64,000 nucleotides of DNA from Chara braunii (lineage: Eukaryota > Plantae > Charophyceae). The notes below the pieces were generated by a model, which was given only the letters and a program-made list of their open reading frames with translations, ran no database searches and had not been told where the DNA came from. Positions 1-13,436 of this stretch are shown piece by piece (the first letter of the stretch is position 1; the number at the start of each line of letters is the position of its first letter). Position numbers and translations under genes: made by a program. Location of the stretch: contig BFEA01000022.1 in NCBI GenBank assembly GCA_003427395.1, positions 114,504 to 178,503 of the forward strand, given 5' to 3'.

Positions 1-61
1 AGGGATCGAACCCTGGGTACTGCATCCGCTACTGCTAAAAGGTGAAAACCGTTTCAGAATA

Positions 62-245
62 GAAGATCTTCAAATATACGCCATTTTCAACAACGGTGGT
101 GCAACATGAAAGAACTCACGCTAATCGTCGGATGCAACGAAGTGTCGTAGGTGAATCTGATGTTGGGGAGGCGGTTAACCCAATCCTTCTGGTCCGAACG
201 GATGAGCGTACGAAGCATCATGCGAGCGGTTTGATGTGCTCACTG
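62..245 (-). pseudogene. Ty3/gypsy integrase core fragment
   Basis: Manual minus-strand translation gives Q*AHQTARMMLRTLIRSDQKDWVNRLPNIRFTYDTSLHPTISVSSFMLHH. This matches the integrase segment after the catalytic E (W...LP...F.YN.S.H......PF pattern). Contains stops. Confidence 0.8.
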
Positions 246-886
246 TCAACACTAAATCGAAACACTCATGAGTCCCTTTTCCCTTTCTGATGAAGGGTAT
301 CGGGTCATGCACTAATGTCTAGACAAATTGAGTGAGAACAACATAGATAGTAAGAACTTCTCGGAAACATGTGGCACTAATGTAGAGACTTAACATGACT
401 TCCTTGGAAGCAATCCGATTGGGGTTGGTAAAGACTGACCTATCGATCGAAAAGGACTAGAGAATTCACGAGATAATCATTAATGACCTCTCAAACTTTG
501 TCAACCTGCGTTGCGACTTGTACGGGCCCCCGTACGCATACGAGAGTACGGATCGTACTCGTACCCTACTCGTATTCTAGGGGTCTCTTACTATGTTTTT
601 TTTTTTTTTTTTTTTTTTTTTTTTCCGGCATCTCCGGTAGACTTCGAAAGTCCAAAAACCTGAAAACCACCCGAAAAAACTTTGTTTATGGGGGCGCATG
701 GCAAAAAATGCCCCTGAACAGCCTTCAGGTGTCTGCTGCTGTTTTCCTCACAGGCCAACCTGGCATGGGGCCATGGCCTCATTTTTTTAATTCAGTTTGC
801 TTGTTCTGCGGCTTCTGCTAGTCAGGCGTAGCCGTTTTTTTTTGTTTTTGTTTTAATGAGCTGCGTTGGGTGCGGAGAGCTGCTGT

Positions 887-2560
887 GGCAGGCCCTCTAC
901 CTGCTGCTGACATGCGACGCAGATAGAGGGCCTGCCTCCTTAGTGTGATGACCCGTCCAAACATGGACTGAAACACACAGCTGATTTCTGAGTTTTGCCC
1001 ATAGAGTGAATGCCTTGCCGAGTTCCCCGCTTGCTACCAAGTCTGTGTGTGTGCACGCTTGCTGGACTGCATGTCTGTCTGAGTGCTGGTTGGCTTGAGT
1101 GGTGTGTGGCCGTGCCTGTCTGAGTGCTGATTGGCTTGAGAGTGTGTGGCCGTGCCTGTCTGAGTGCTAGATGGCTTGAGTGTGTGTCCCGTAAGGGCAC
1201 TTGCTCGTTCGTTGGGCCCTCAGGGCCGATACTTACCTGTGGCCGTGACATTGAGGGATTGCAGCGGGAAAAACACTCAAGTAGCGGGTAGGCCGGTACC
1301 GCACCTTGAAGGGGTAGATGTGCAGGTACTGGAGGCCGAGCAGAAGAAGACAAAAGTGGCATTTTTAGAGGCCAGCGGTTGTAGGCGAGGTATAGGCGGG
1401 TACCAGTCCAACCAGTCTGTGGGAGGAACTCCGAGGAAGGAGTAGGACACGGGGGAGGAAGAAGGAAGGAAGGGGGAGGAGCGCCAGGGGTAGTACCTGG
1501 CTATGGTGGCAGCCATCTTCATCACCTTGGTGGGCGCTGCAGCAGGGAGTCCCCAACCGGGGAGAGCTACACCAAGAAGCTTTGAGGCAGAGTTGGGCAT
1601 GGCGGCCTGAGTGGGAGCAGCCATAGTTGCTTTGCGTTGTCCTTCGCACAGCAGGGCAAGGCCCTATAGTCCGCCATACCCTCGGCCCTTGATGAGGAAG
1701 GAAGGGGCGGTCATGGCTATGGTGGACCTCAAGTGTTACCGACAGNAGAAGAGGAACTCGGACATTGATTCTGGATCAGCCATTCGACATTGTACTATTA
1801 TTTCTTGTATGAATGAGAGAGGGGGAGATAAGGAGGAGGAGATTGTTGGGCGAAGAAGAAGAGCCTTGTCATATTTGTTTATGCTGGTGTACATCATCTT
1901 CTTCTTCTTTCTTACTTCTTCTTCTTCTTCTTCTATTCCTCTCTCTCCTCTCAAGTTCATTCATTTCTTTCTGCAATTGGACGACATTGTATCTCGAAAT
2001 TGGTCAGGATCATAACATTAGCATCATTCATTGCCGACGTCGCAGACCCTCTACCTGCTGCTGACGTGAGTTGCAGGTAGAGGGTCTGCCACGTCAGCAT
2101 CGATCAATTATTGTTATAATGGCGGACCCTTTATGCCTTGTTCCTAATGACTTGGCAGGCCCTGTACTTGCTGCTGATGGGTGAGGCAGGTAGAGGGCCG
2201 ACCATGTCAACTAACATGGCAAGCCCCACACAACCCCTGCAGGGTGACATGGCAGACTCTGTACCTGCTGCTGACGTGGGAGGCAGGTGGACGGCCTGCC
2301 ACATCACCATCTACGATTGTTGAAATAGTAGGCCTTGTATGCCTTGTCCCTGCTAATGTGACAGGCCTTGTTCTAGCTGCTGATGGGTCAGGCAGGTAGA
2401 GGGCTAGGCATGTGAGCATCGATTATTGTTAACATGGCAGGCCCCATACAACCCCTGCAGGGTGATATGGCAGACCCTCTACCTGCAGGTGACATGGGAG
2501 GCAGGTAGAGGGTCTGCTATGTNAGCATTGATTGCCTTCTGAAGGGTGACATGGCAGCCC
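887..2560. repeat. Array of palindromic GGCAGRCCCTCTACCTGC...GCAGGTAGAGGGYCTGCC units, probably DNA-transposon subterminal repeats; interrupted by an LTR
   Basis: One hairpin unit at ~887-936 and several more at ~2040-2560. Confidence 0.65.
944..1744 (-). mobile_element. Solo or partial LTR, same family as the LTRs at 57052-57815 and 58556-59330
   Basis: Minus strand starts TGTCGGTAACACTTGAGG and ends GGGTCATCACA. Block ~1190-1410 aligns by eye with ~57420-57635 and, inverted, with ~58755-58975. Three ~39-bp tandem units at ~1075-1185. TSD not verifiable because of the N at 1746. Confidence 0.65.
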
Positions 2561-2789
2561 CTGTATGCGAACACACATACACACACATAAATACACACAT
2601 ATGCACCTCACCAGAAGCAGTCACACAGACAAACAGCAGCCAAAGGCAGTGCAAGCTTCCCATTGACACAACAAAATCAAACGACTCATTGCCCAACGCT
2701 TAGATGATTAACAAAGTGCATAAACATCCAACGTCCCACCAACCAACCCCCCAGCCAGCTCTCTCTCTCTCTCTCTGTATCAATCACTG

Positions 2790-4290
2790 TTGTTGGCGCT
2801 CCTTGATCACTGCCCCTCTACCACACCTCTCTGCTGCAGCAGCTGCAGCACGCAAGCGCTTACGCTCATGCAGTGGCAAGTTCTCGTCGGAGTTTACTCC
2901 TTTGTGGCATCCACCGTTGGGGCTTTGCCTTTTGCACGTTCATCCCACGACAGTGCACTTGCGGGATTAGGATCAGTAGTGGGAGCTAAGGCGGTGGCAG
3001 ATTTGTGTTTGGTCCCACTTCCTTTTGGCCTCCCCCGCTCCTTTCGCTCTTCACCGCGACCTGCAGCAACTACAGCTACTTCAGGCGTGCCTCGACCTCC
3101 ACCTCGACCCCTGCCTCACCCTGTTCTGTGAGCAACAGGGTTCCGCTACTTCAGGCGTGCCTCGACCTCCACCTCGACCCCTGCCTCACCCTGTTCTGTG
3201 AGCAACAGGGTTCCACAACCTGCTGGGGTGTGATGCTCTCCCCAACAGGCCTTGTGAGAAGCGGGGACGTAAAGCATTTGTTCCACGGCATTGGGGATCC
3301 TCCGCCTCTGGAATTGGTCTGTCTGTTGTAGCGCTCGGGAGGTTTGAACCATAAAAGCATGAGATGCCACCCACCTGAAGTGGCAGGGCATGCGGCTCGC
3401 GAGGTTGCTGCTCTTGCTCGTATGCCCCCTGCTGCAAATGGTTCTGCTCCTCGAACAACTGTTGTTGTTGATCTTGCTGCTGCTGGCGATGTTGCTATTG
3501 CTGCTGCTGCTGACGTTGCTGTTGATGTTGTTATTGTTGCTGTTGCGTTTGTTGTTGCTGCCGCTACTGTTGTTGTTGCTCGATCTGTTGCTGCTGTTGT
3601 GGTTGATGTTGTTGTTGCTGCTACTTTTGTTGTGGATGGTGGTGCTGCTAATGTTGCTGTCGTTGCTGCCTTTGTTGTTGTTGTTGTTTCTGTTGCCGCA
3701 ACTATTGCAGTTGCTGGTGCCGTTGTGTTTATCGTCGTTGTTCCGGCTGTTGCATTATTGTTGGTGGTGTTGCTACTGTTGTTGTTGTTGTTGTTGCTGT
3801 TGTTGTTGTTGTTGCTCGTGGCGCAGTTGTAGTTGTTGCTGCAACTGTTGCAACTGTTGTTGTTGTTTCCGTTACTTGTGGTCGTGTGGCTGTTGTTGCT
3901 GCTGCTGCCGGTGCCGACGCTCCTGCCTGCTACTCTTGCTGTTGTGCCGAATTCTGTCATTGCTCCTCCAATCGCCTACTTCTGCGTGTGCCCTCCTTGT
4001 ATGGAAGAATGTGCTCCCTCCTTGTGTACGAGTCATCTGAGTCAGATTTCTCAGACCTCCACATGTCTTCTAATTCCTCCGCCTCGTTCGATGATTCTGA
4101 TGATGACTCCTCATCATTCCAATCCCCATCCTCCCACTCCCCTAGTCTGTCTCTCTGTGCTATAGATGTGGCACCGCCCCCACCTGTGGGTCGTGGCACA
4201 AATGTAGATCCAATTGCTGACCTCGTTAGTGTTCCATGTGCGCATTCATTCGCTGCAGCAGCTCCATCATCCACACTTGTGTCATTACCT
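2790..4290 (-). pseudogene. Degenerate low-complexity ORF (acidic patch, Thr/Ala/Gln-rich tract, RGRPKGS AT-hook-like motif), probably transposon-derived
   Basis: Pieces such as GEWEDGDWNDEESSSES...RRSRRLEEQ and ERKERGRPKGSG; (GTT/GCT)n tract ~3450-3910; stops and frameshifts. Confidence 0.35.
3075..3214. repeat. Perfect 70-bp tandem duplication
   Basis: gctacttcaggcgtgcc...gagcaacagggttcc at 3075-3144 and 3145-3214. Confidence 0.9.
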
Positions 4291-4584
4291 TGATAGACTT
4301 GTATTGTGTGGTGTGTGTGTGTGTGTGTGTGTATGTGTGATGTGTGTGGTGTGCGTGAGCGTGTATGTGTGTGTATATGTTCAGGAGTGATGAACAATGC
4401 ACCCAGGGTCTCCCAACCTTTATATATAAACTCCGACGAAACAGTTTGTCACAGCCCTTCGTTTGTTGTCCTCTTCTCTCTCTCTGCCTACGGTTTACCG
4501 GGCAGTTCTGTTTGTGACGATATATATATATATAAGTTCGGGTTCGGTTTATTTTGGGCCACGTTCGGGTTTGGTTACTGATTC

Positions 4585-5635
4585 CCAACATGATGCTACG
4601 CAGGTATTCGGCACCTCAAGGCTACACGAATGTTGTCTCCATTGTTCAGAGATATATGATGACGGTGATGCAACCGCTTTGTCCGGATGTGACCTCACCA
4701 TATATTGATGATTTGACTATTCCAGGACCATGTGTGAAAGGTGATACAGAAGTATTGTCGGGCATTTGAAGGTTTGTCTGGAATACATTCGCGATCTGGA
4801 GAAGGTCCTACTCAAATTTAAGGAGTATTACATCACGGCTAGCGGCGTCAAGTCAAGACCCTGCATGAGGGGAATGACTGTTTTAGTTTTTTTTTTTAAT
4901 GAGAAGGGCCGTCGGCCTTATTAAAAAAAAACTAATAATATTCCTAATGGACGAAGGAGCGGAATTCCTTGCTAACGAGGTTCAGAACCTATTCAAAAGA
5001 GCGGGTGTCAGAGTTTCAATAACCACTGCATCTCATCGACATTCAAACGCAACTGTTGAGAGAGGACAAAAGTCCTTGATTGCATCGTTGTGTAAATGGT
5101 GTAGAGGAAACAATAGTGATTCACCACAATATTTTAAATATGTGATATGGGCGGATAACGTCACCGTCGCGGCTAGTATGGGGTATCCTCCCTATATCTT
5201 ATAGATCGAGAGACGTTGTCCTTTACCTGTAGAGTTTCATGCTGACAATTGGACAACCGTCGATTGGGACGACAACATGCGTTAAGACCTCATAGTCGCC
5301 CGATTGAGATAAATAGCGCACATATTAGAGGATAATCTGATGACAGTCGTGGATTGACTGGCAGTGGAAAAAGAAAATAGAAAAGAAAAATGAGATAAGA
5401 ATGTCATAGTAAGAAAAAAGAAGATATGTGTGGGTCATATGGTCCTTTTATATGCCTCGACATTGGAGAGGATATGGTCAAGGACGTTGGCGAATCGATG
5501 GATGGGTCCGTACCGTGTATTCGAGGCGCTAGACCGCGGGGCCTATTTGATATCTGAATTTGATGGATCTACACGGAGAGGCAAAATAGAAGGTGTTAGG
5601 CTTAAACTATTTAGGTCACGACAACGTTCGAACCT
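4585..5635 (+). pseudogene. Ty3/gypsy pol remnant: RT fragment joined to integrase core/C-terminus (RNase H missing)
   Basis: PQGYTN...PYIDDLTIPGP (RT); DEGAEF...HSNATVERG (INT core); RWMGPYRV...AYLISEFDG (GPY/F motif); many stops. Confidence 0.9.
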
Positions 5636-6531
5636 TAGATCATCACCAAAACATCCTACAAGAAAGGGAAAGGGTAAGATAAATAATCGATCATCACCGA
5701 TACAATTCGAAATAGAATAAAGTTAAAAAAAAAAAAAAGTCGTGACCAGGAAACTAAAAGAATTTACATTAAACATGTTATTCATTAAAACAATACATTA
5801 TATTTTAAATTGGTACTCGCAAGCTATTAATTTCATGTTGAAAACACCATATTTTAGACTTGAATGAAACTTAGGATACGAGTAGAAAACCCGAAGAATG
5901 CAATTGACATGCCACAAATTGAAACTGATACGAATAATCATGCCAATCGACCATTACTTATGCCGCGCTCCCTACACAAGACGTGACATGCAAAACATAA
6001 ACGAAAATGAATTGTTGAAACAGTAGAACAATTGTCTTTGCAATGAATTAAAATTCCAACATTGCGTAACCATCACCCAACCGTCTTACAAAAATCATCA
6101 CTAGATCGTAGAAAAATTCTGCCACGTTGTCGTACCGCAGAATCATCGTAACTCACTAAGTTCAAAAAGGATATGCTCTCTTTCAGGCTTCATCTATCTA
6201 TAATGCATAAACTCCGCTATTATGTTCTACCACAATTAACGTCGTCCGAACAGTCATTCTCCGAAATCCTATTCGCTCACCTATTTGACAGACCGACAAG
6301 ACCTATGACGTGCACTCGTCTCGTTCGTCTTCCGCATCCACGCTCTCTTCGGCAGATGGACTCAGATCTCGGAGTGCAACTTCATCATTCAAATTGATAC
6401 AATCGAACATTGGAAGGAATGGCACATCCAATCGTGAATGGGTTTGTGCCTCTGACCATTCTCTTCCAACCAAAAACGATCGAGGCGACATGTTGCCATT
6501 GTGTGTGGTCAGTCATCTTCCATTTTTTCTC

Positions 6532-8500
6532 TCATGCGTTATCATACAGTTCTTCGAGTGACTTTGCACTCCCAGTCGGCACCCAGTATTTCCACAACAC
6601 TTCATTATAACTCCGGATTTTTTTTTTAATCATTTGAGAAAGTGCTTTGTCCACCCAGATAGATACGCCTTTGGAAAGATCATCGTCGAAGGGGCGAAGG
6701 ATAATAAAAGTTCTGATATCAACATGCACGAGGGGGTCGAAGCTGATCTTCGGACAATTTTTCCTGTGTCCAACAAACAAAGGTTCCTGGTCGTCGATGT
6801 TGACACTGTTAAAAGAATGTTGTTGATCGCTTTCGAGCAGTCGTGGTTTTGGCCAAAAATTTTTCAAAGGTTGTGTGGACAACACGTGCTCGATGATCTC
6901 GTCGCCTCGTTCCAGTAACACAAAACTCATTCTCTCCTAAGTATCTCATGTTCGTTGTAAGTGCACCACGTTGACCGCTTGCTTTCTGACAACTCAAGAA
7001 ATCAAATAACATCAGTTTTGTCATTACAATAGTCATTTTGAGGAATGGGATGCACAAGAGGCGGATCAAATGGCCACAAAGGATCTGCGTAGCTTTCATC
7101 GGGAATTTGATTGAACAAATAAATCGGACCTTCGTTGGGCAACCATTTGTCATCATCGTAAAACTCATTATACAACATATCCGGATTATATCAAAACATC
7201 AAAAATTTATGCAAGTGCGGTTTCGAAATATCATTAATGTCTGACGCAAGGACTGAGTCTACTATATTTATCCAATCTGCCAATGTATCTAGGAAAATAC
7301 ATTTGAGAGGCTTTTTGTTGGATTGCTCTTTGAGCTCGTAGAACTGGTCTATAGTATAAGCGTCTATGTCTTTCATTTTTTTCAAGAAAATGGTAAAAAT
7401 GGCATTAACGTCCGTATGGGTATGTCCCACCAATATGAAACCTATTTCCACCTCTTTGAAAACTTAAAACTTAACCAAGAGTGCAACTGGTGCACATATG
7501 TACTTGGACTTGTTTTCCCACCAACAACTATTTGCTTGAATGCGCAAAAAGGGTGGTAGTGGTTTCTCGCTCGCTTGAATTTCGAAGAGGGTTCGCATAG
7601 GATAAGTAGCGATTGTGTTTGAAATACGAAAACGACGTGTAGACATAAGTATTAGGGTCTCTATCGTGTGCAATGAAACCTTTCAGATTCGTCATTATCT
7701 CGTACCTAAGTGTTTTCGAGTAGTTTGTTTGGTTAATATGGGCGATAGTCGTCTTCTTCTGATTCATGCCGTTAATGATGGGACAAAAACACTCGTTTGG
7801 ACGTACCATTGAATCAATCTTCGATCGACTATAGTCCAATTTGTGTTTATACGTTCTTTCAGTTAATGACAGACGACATACTTCGTAAATGTGTTAGAGT
7901 GTGTGAGCAAAACATGATAAAAATGTTTCTGCAGTATTTTATAAAAGTTAAATTCAGACATGACCTCAAGGTGAACAACGATAAAGTTGGATTTAATGGA
8001 CTCATAAATCGATCTCTTCGTGAAAGCAGCTGGCAGTCTAAGTTTCGGTCTATAACCCCCGCCTTCATGAGCCACCTCATTTGACATGCATGAGACTCGA
8101 TGAATGTTTTCAAGTTGGCAAGCATGGCGTCTTTTCTATAGGTTGGAGTCTACCCGTCAGCCCATGGTCGCAATGAGCAAAGCCATTTGTAGCTATAAAA
8201 CGTATTACGAAAGACATCGAGAACATTGTAGTATGCCTTGAACATTGCATCCAACTCTACAGGACGGACACATTTTTGTCCACCCTCATTTAGCATGAAT
8301 TTTTTGAGACTTTTCATCTAATTGTCCGCTCGCTCTTCTGGACTCTTACTGTACAGTCTTTGTCTAACCTTTCGGACTTCCTCCGGTGACACGTTGTAAT
8401 AACAGTGAGCCTTGCAACATACCATGCAACGTACCATGAACAATTGTTTTTCGAACAACATGTTTTTCGCTCTTTACTACTGTTTTTTCCTCCTATCGTT
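6532..8500 (-). pseudogene. DDE transposase pseudogene, Sola-like (GHTHxDxD / DUF7869-type)
   Basis: Frameshifted collinear pieces: RLPAAFTKRSIY, IINGMNQ (IDGMDQ-like), LPPFLRIQANSCWWENKSKY (LQxDNCxxENK-like), IGFILVGHTHTDVNAIF. Boundaries approximate. Confidence 0.75.
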
Positions 8501-11500
8501 CCTATTTGCCATGCTATACGGTCTTCTTTCCCCTGGGACAGGTGCTGACAAAATTTATAGTATAACCATTTTCTCTGCATTGCTCCTACCAAACGATTCC
8601 GACCTAGACTGACTCTGAACATGAATCGCATCACGCGATCGTACTTGCATTGGACTCGCTTATGTAGTGGACAGTTCCGCCGAAAAATAGTCAGTGGCTA
8701 TCAACTTCGTACCACTGTAGCTAGCTTGTCGTAACGATGTACTGGAAGAGGATTATTGTCCAAACGAGTAATAACTACTAATAAGTATCCACCAACTTCT
8801 CCTCCTCGTCATAAGAGGTTGTGAAAGAAGCATTCATTGACACGCAACAGTCGTCCGGTGAAGTTCTGGGGTGCACCTCGTCCGAAACGTGTCAGGAGGC
8901 ACATGGTTTTTTGCCTGCGGGCGGTGTCGCTAAACCCCCAAGCAAATGGATTCAACCCCGAAAACTCTCACGAAAAGTGAGACTTCATTTTCTGGGGAAC
9001 ACAGTACTGAACTATTGGAATGGTGAACTGTTGGAAGAGCTCGTTGAGGCCAACTCCATATTTTCTAGGTGGAAATGAAAGTCAATGTCCTGTTCGGTTT
9101 CCATAGCCTGGTTCATGCGTCTATCGGTTGAACCGTCCTTTGCGCCGTCATGTAGCCGTCGGTTTCGTGGAAGGGGTTTCCTTTAGAAATATCGAACAAA
9201 TTCGACAACAAGCAGCGAACGGGCAATTCAAATAGTGTTTCCACCCTTAAAAACAGAGGAGGGAACTGTAAGTACAAATACTAAGAAGATGCATCTTTGA
9301 CCCCACACCAACCCCCCCAAGTCCCCGATGCAGCATTTCAACATGGTGAACCCGTGTGCTTACGATGCGATCCTCTACAACCGATTTGTTGCAAAAGGAA
9401 GGTGCGGATTTGCAGGCGGGTGGCACGAACGACCTGACAAACCGGGACCAGTGAAGTGCGCTGAGATCCGAACTTGTCGAAGATAGGAATCCATCGACTG
9501 CATTGATTTTACTTGCGAAAGGTCATGTAAGTTTTTCTTGCGTTGACTCTGGCGACAAAAAAATTGTCCGCTGTAGACTGCAGTAGTCAACAATTGCAGC
9601 CCACGAGCTCAGGGTGCCCACATACCGCACTGCAGGCATTGCGGGGCTGTTGCAGGGTTCAACAGGCCTGTTTATTTCGTTTTCGTCCATCCAACATTCG
9701 TCGAAAAAGCAGGTGTGCACAACGTAAGCGCAAATGCGGTTGTAACAGTGAACGTCGCAAAGTCCCTATAGGGCTAGACCCAAAGATTAAACTCATCCGG
9801 AACCTCAAAGATCATCAAGGACCAATTTCACAAGAGATGGGTTTTCCACACATGCACCGATTTGACCACCGGACCAGCACATTTTTCATCGTAAGACCAG
9901 TCGCAGATGAACCAAGAAGAAGGTGGTTGTTGGACCCCTCATTGACCCCCACAAACCCACGATATGAAACATCGAGAAGGCGTGCTCCTGCATTCGAAAT
10001 GCTAACTTCTCCATTCCAAATGCTCAAAAAGGAAAGCGCATATTTGCCGGCGGGTGAAAATAGTAATATGAAAGTGCTTGATCCTCAACGTTTGCCGGGA
10101 TCCGAACTTGCAAGAGAGACCTCATTGAATTTCAATCCTCACTAACAATAATGTTTGACTGTCGAACTGGAACGTCATTAGTGCAAACCTATGGTCGAAA
10201 TAACCAAAACATGCCTCCTTGACCCCTCGCCAACACCCCCCCCAAACCCTCGACGCGCTTCTGGTCCCCACATGTCGGAGACTGTTTTTCCGCCACAACA
10301 TTGATTGACTGACGAACTTGAACGTTATAACTGACATCCTATCTTTGAAACAAACAAAACATATCTCCTAGACACCTCTCCAACCCCCCAAAGTCCCTGT
10401 GGTGGCTCGACGATAAGGTTTTCTAGTGTGCTCGAAATGTCAACCTATGTAGATGATATATTGGAAAAGGAGGGCACTGTTTTGCAAGTAGTTACCGACG
10501 ATGGATTTGACTGATCTCGATCCCGCAAGTCCACCGGGATCCGACGTTACCAGTAAAGGGGTACCAACAGCTGCGATGCGGCATTTTAGCAAGGCGAGGG
10601 CGTTTGCTGGCAATACAAATCTCTGCAGTCGATTTGCGCGAAGATAAAGGCAAGGATTAGTAGGCGGGCGCAACACAAGATCAGACAGAGTGCGGTCCTC
10701 AGAGTGCACCGTGTTCTGGACTTCTCAAAGAAACAATTTGGAGAGACTGGTTTCCGCCACTGCAGTTATCGGGTCGCCAGAATCTGATCTTTTGAGCTAC
10801 AAGGCCGTGAATGGTAGAACCAAAAAAAACATGGCTCTTGGACCCCGCAAACCCCCCCATAAACCCCCGAAGCAACTAGTGGAGAACGTGAGCCAGAGTG
10901 CTGGCAATGCAAACTTCCGCACTCTAAACGACCTAACATGAAGAATTCACGAGGAATGGGATTTCAGCAGCTGCAACGATTGCACTGTTGTACTAGCGTC
11001 ATCATAAATACAAGGCTATGGGTGGTTGCACAAAATAAGAAACATGGCTTAAGGATCCTCATCCGACCCCGATAAACCCCGATTAACTCCAACGATAAAG
11101 TGAGCTCATATGCTGACACTGCAAGATTCTGTAGTCCGAACGACGATGAAAGCAGTGAGGATTTGCAGGTGAATGATACGAATGGCAGTTTCTACGCCGA
11201 AACCTCAAAGCTCGCTGGGTTGCAGTAGAACAAAAAAATATATGGCTTAAGGACGGTTCTGCAACCCCTGCAAACCCCAATTCGGTAAATCGATAAGGCG
11301 AGGTTGTGCGCCAACAATGCCAACTTTTGCAGCCACAATGACTAAAGTGCGACAACCGTGCGAATTTGAAGGTGGATTCGACGAATAACCGAAACAGAGC
11401 GTGAACCGCAAAGTTTGTCGAGATACAAATTTGTTAGCGACCAGATTCCAGCGATTGCGGTTATTTCATTGTGGAACGGTCATCCACTACTCGTGGTAGA

Positions 11501-12723
11501 TTAAAGAAGAACACGACTTTAGGCCCCTTCAACAACCTTCATAAACCCCGATTCAGCCAATTGACAAGGCGAGATCGTATGCCAGGAAAGACAACTTCCA
11601 CATCATGGACAGATCATATGGGGGACGACTCACCCTCGATTGCAGTGCTTGGATAGTGGGATTGCACAGTTTTCCACTCCATAAAACCCCGACTGGATTT
11701 TGAAACTTGGCGAGTTTATTATCTGGTAATGAAAACATATGCGTTCGACTGCAGGAAGAAGAAGAAGCGGGATTGGAGGCGGGTGCACCGAGCGATCCGA
11801 CCAAATGCGATCCATGAAGTGTGTCGGGATCCGAACTTGCCAAAAACAGGACCCAGAGTACTGATCGATTCCCAATGTCTTCCAATTTGCGTGGGTGGAA
11901 ATTCCACATTATTTCACGCAATCGAAATTGACAAAGAATGCGCTCGCAGCAATGATTAAACGAACAGGGGTTTACACGGGGTTGACAAGGGGTCCATTAC
12001 CGAGTTGCATATACGATTTTCACAAATCATATACAACGAAACTGCCGCGTCGAAGAACAGAAAGGAAAATTGTCAAACGCAGCCTTGACGGATTCGCAAG
12101 CTGAAGGTTCTAACGTGAAATTCGTCAGAGATGGGGTACCCGACGGCCAAGTCCTGCGGCCCCTATATGCGGGAGTGTTAGCACAACATTAGATCCATTT
12201 GTGCACATCGTGCACCACGACACAGGTGTCAACAATGCAAGTTCGTCGGGATTTGAACTTCTTGTTGACGGCGCGAGCCAGCGCAGTCCAACACGAGGGT
12301 GTAAATCGTCCACTTCTGACTCAAAAAGATGAATATCGTCTCCGGCCGAACCGCAACAGCAGAGCAATGAATGACTCGTGTAGAGCTGGACGTGGACATC
12401 CAATGGTCACAAAGGGAAGAGGGCGAGCCAAGCAAAGTGGCGGGACTAACTGACAAAGTTCGGATCCCAACGAACTAAGACAATCAGCTCGCGGACACGT
12501 GTTCGTAAGAAGGCACACACGTTCGCCTGTTCGTGTCCTTCTCACTGGCACGTCACCTCCATGGATGATACGCACGTCGACTGATGACAAATGCGCACGT
12601 CTAGCATTTGTCATCAGCCACCAGAAATGATTTTCCTGCTCACGTTAATGAATATGATATGAATAATAATGCGTGCGGCGCGCCGGCCACGTAGGCCATC
12701 GCTTTTTACCCCGCGCTCTTCAC

Positions 12724-13367
12724 CAGAGGTGGTAACTGGGTAACGGTTGCCCGTACCCAACTGTAACCGGCAAGTTATGGGCAGGTACGGGTACCCTTCT
12801 GGAGGGCGGCATTGGTATGGCCCGTATGGGCGGGCATAAATTTTATTCGTGGCTTTCGGGGCAGGCACGGTTGCACTGCGTAGAGATCACGGGCAGGCAT
12901 GGGCGGGTACTGGCGGTGAAAAGGGAAAAACGGCAGGTATGGGCGGCCAAGGAAAAAAAAAGCATGGGTACAACCGTTATAGGGTGGTGAAAAAAAAAAT
13001 CAAATGGGTATGGGCGGGTCAGCAATTATGTCGGGTAACTGTACGTAATATCCACCTTTCCCCCCTTCCCCCCCTTCCCTTCTTCCCAGGAAATATGCAG
13101 ACTGACGGAGGTGTTTTTTTTTGTAGGCACAATTTTTTTTCCTCGCACGAATGGCGAGAAAAATGTTTCAGGAAATAGCCTTGCAGCTCCGAAATTGGCC
13201 ACTTTCGAAATTGGAAGGTTCCAGCCTCGCCTTTGGGAGTTCCCCCTTGGAAATTAGTTGCCTGTCATGGTTGTACTCGCCGCCCTTCTGTGTGTGCATG
13301 CCACTTCATGGCCATCGTCCGCCCTTCGTGGTTGTACCCGCTGCCGTTCTATGTGTGTTGCACGACC

Positions 13368-13436
<69 letters not shown>

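Noticed and set aside
1-14. B-box-like GGGTTCGATCCCT on the minus strand
   Set aside because: At the window edge with no clear A box; cannot be supported.
1230-1240. ATACTTACCTG, identical to the U1 snRNA 5' end
   Set aside because: Downstream sequence lacks recognisable U1 stem-loops and Sm site; it is the reverse complement of a splice-donor-like motif within an LTR.
3151-4040. Long Thr-, Val- or Leu-rich ORFs on both strands
   Set aside because: Produced by (GTT/GCT)n trinucleotide tracts; not called as intact genes.
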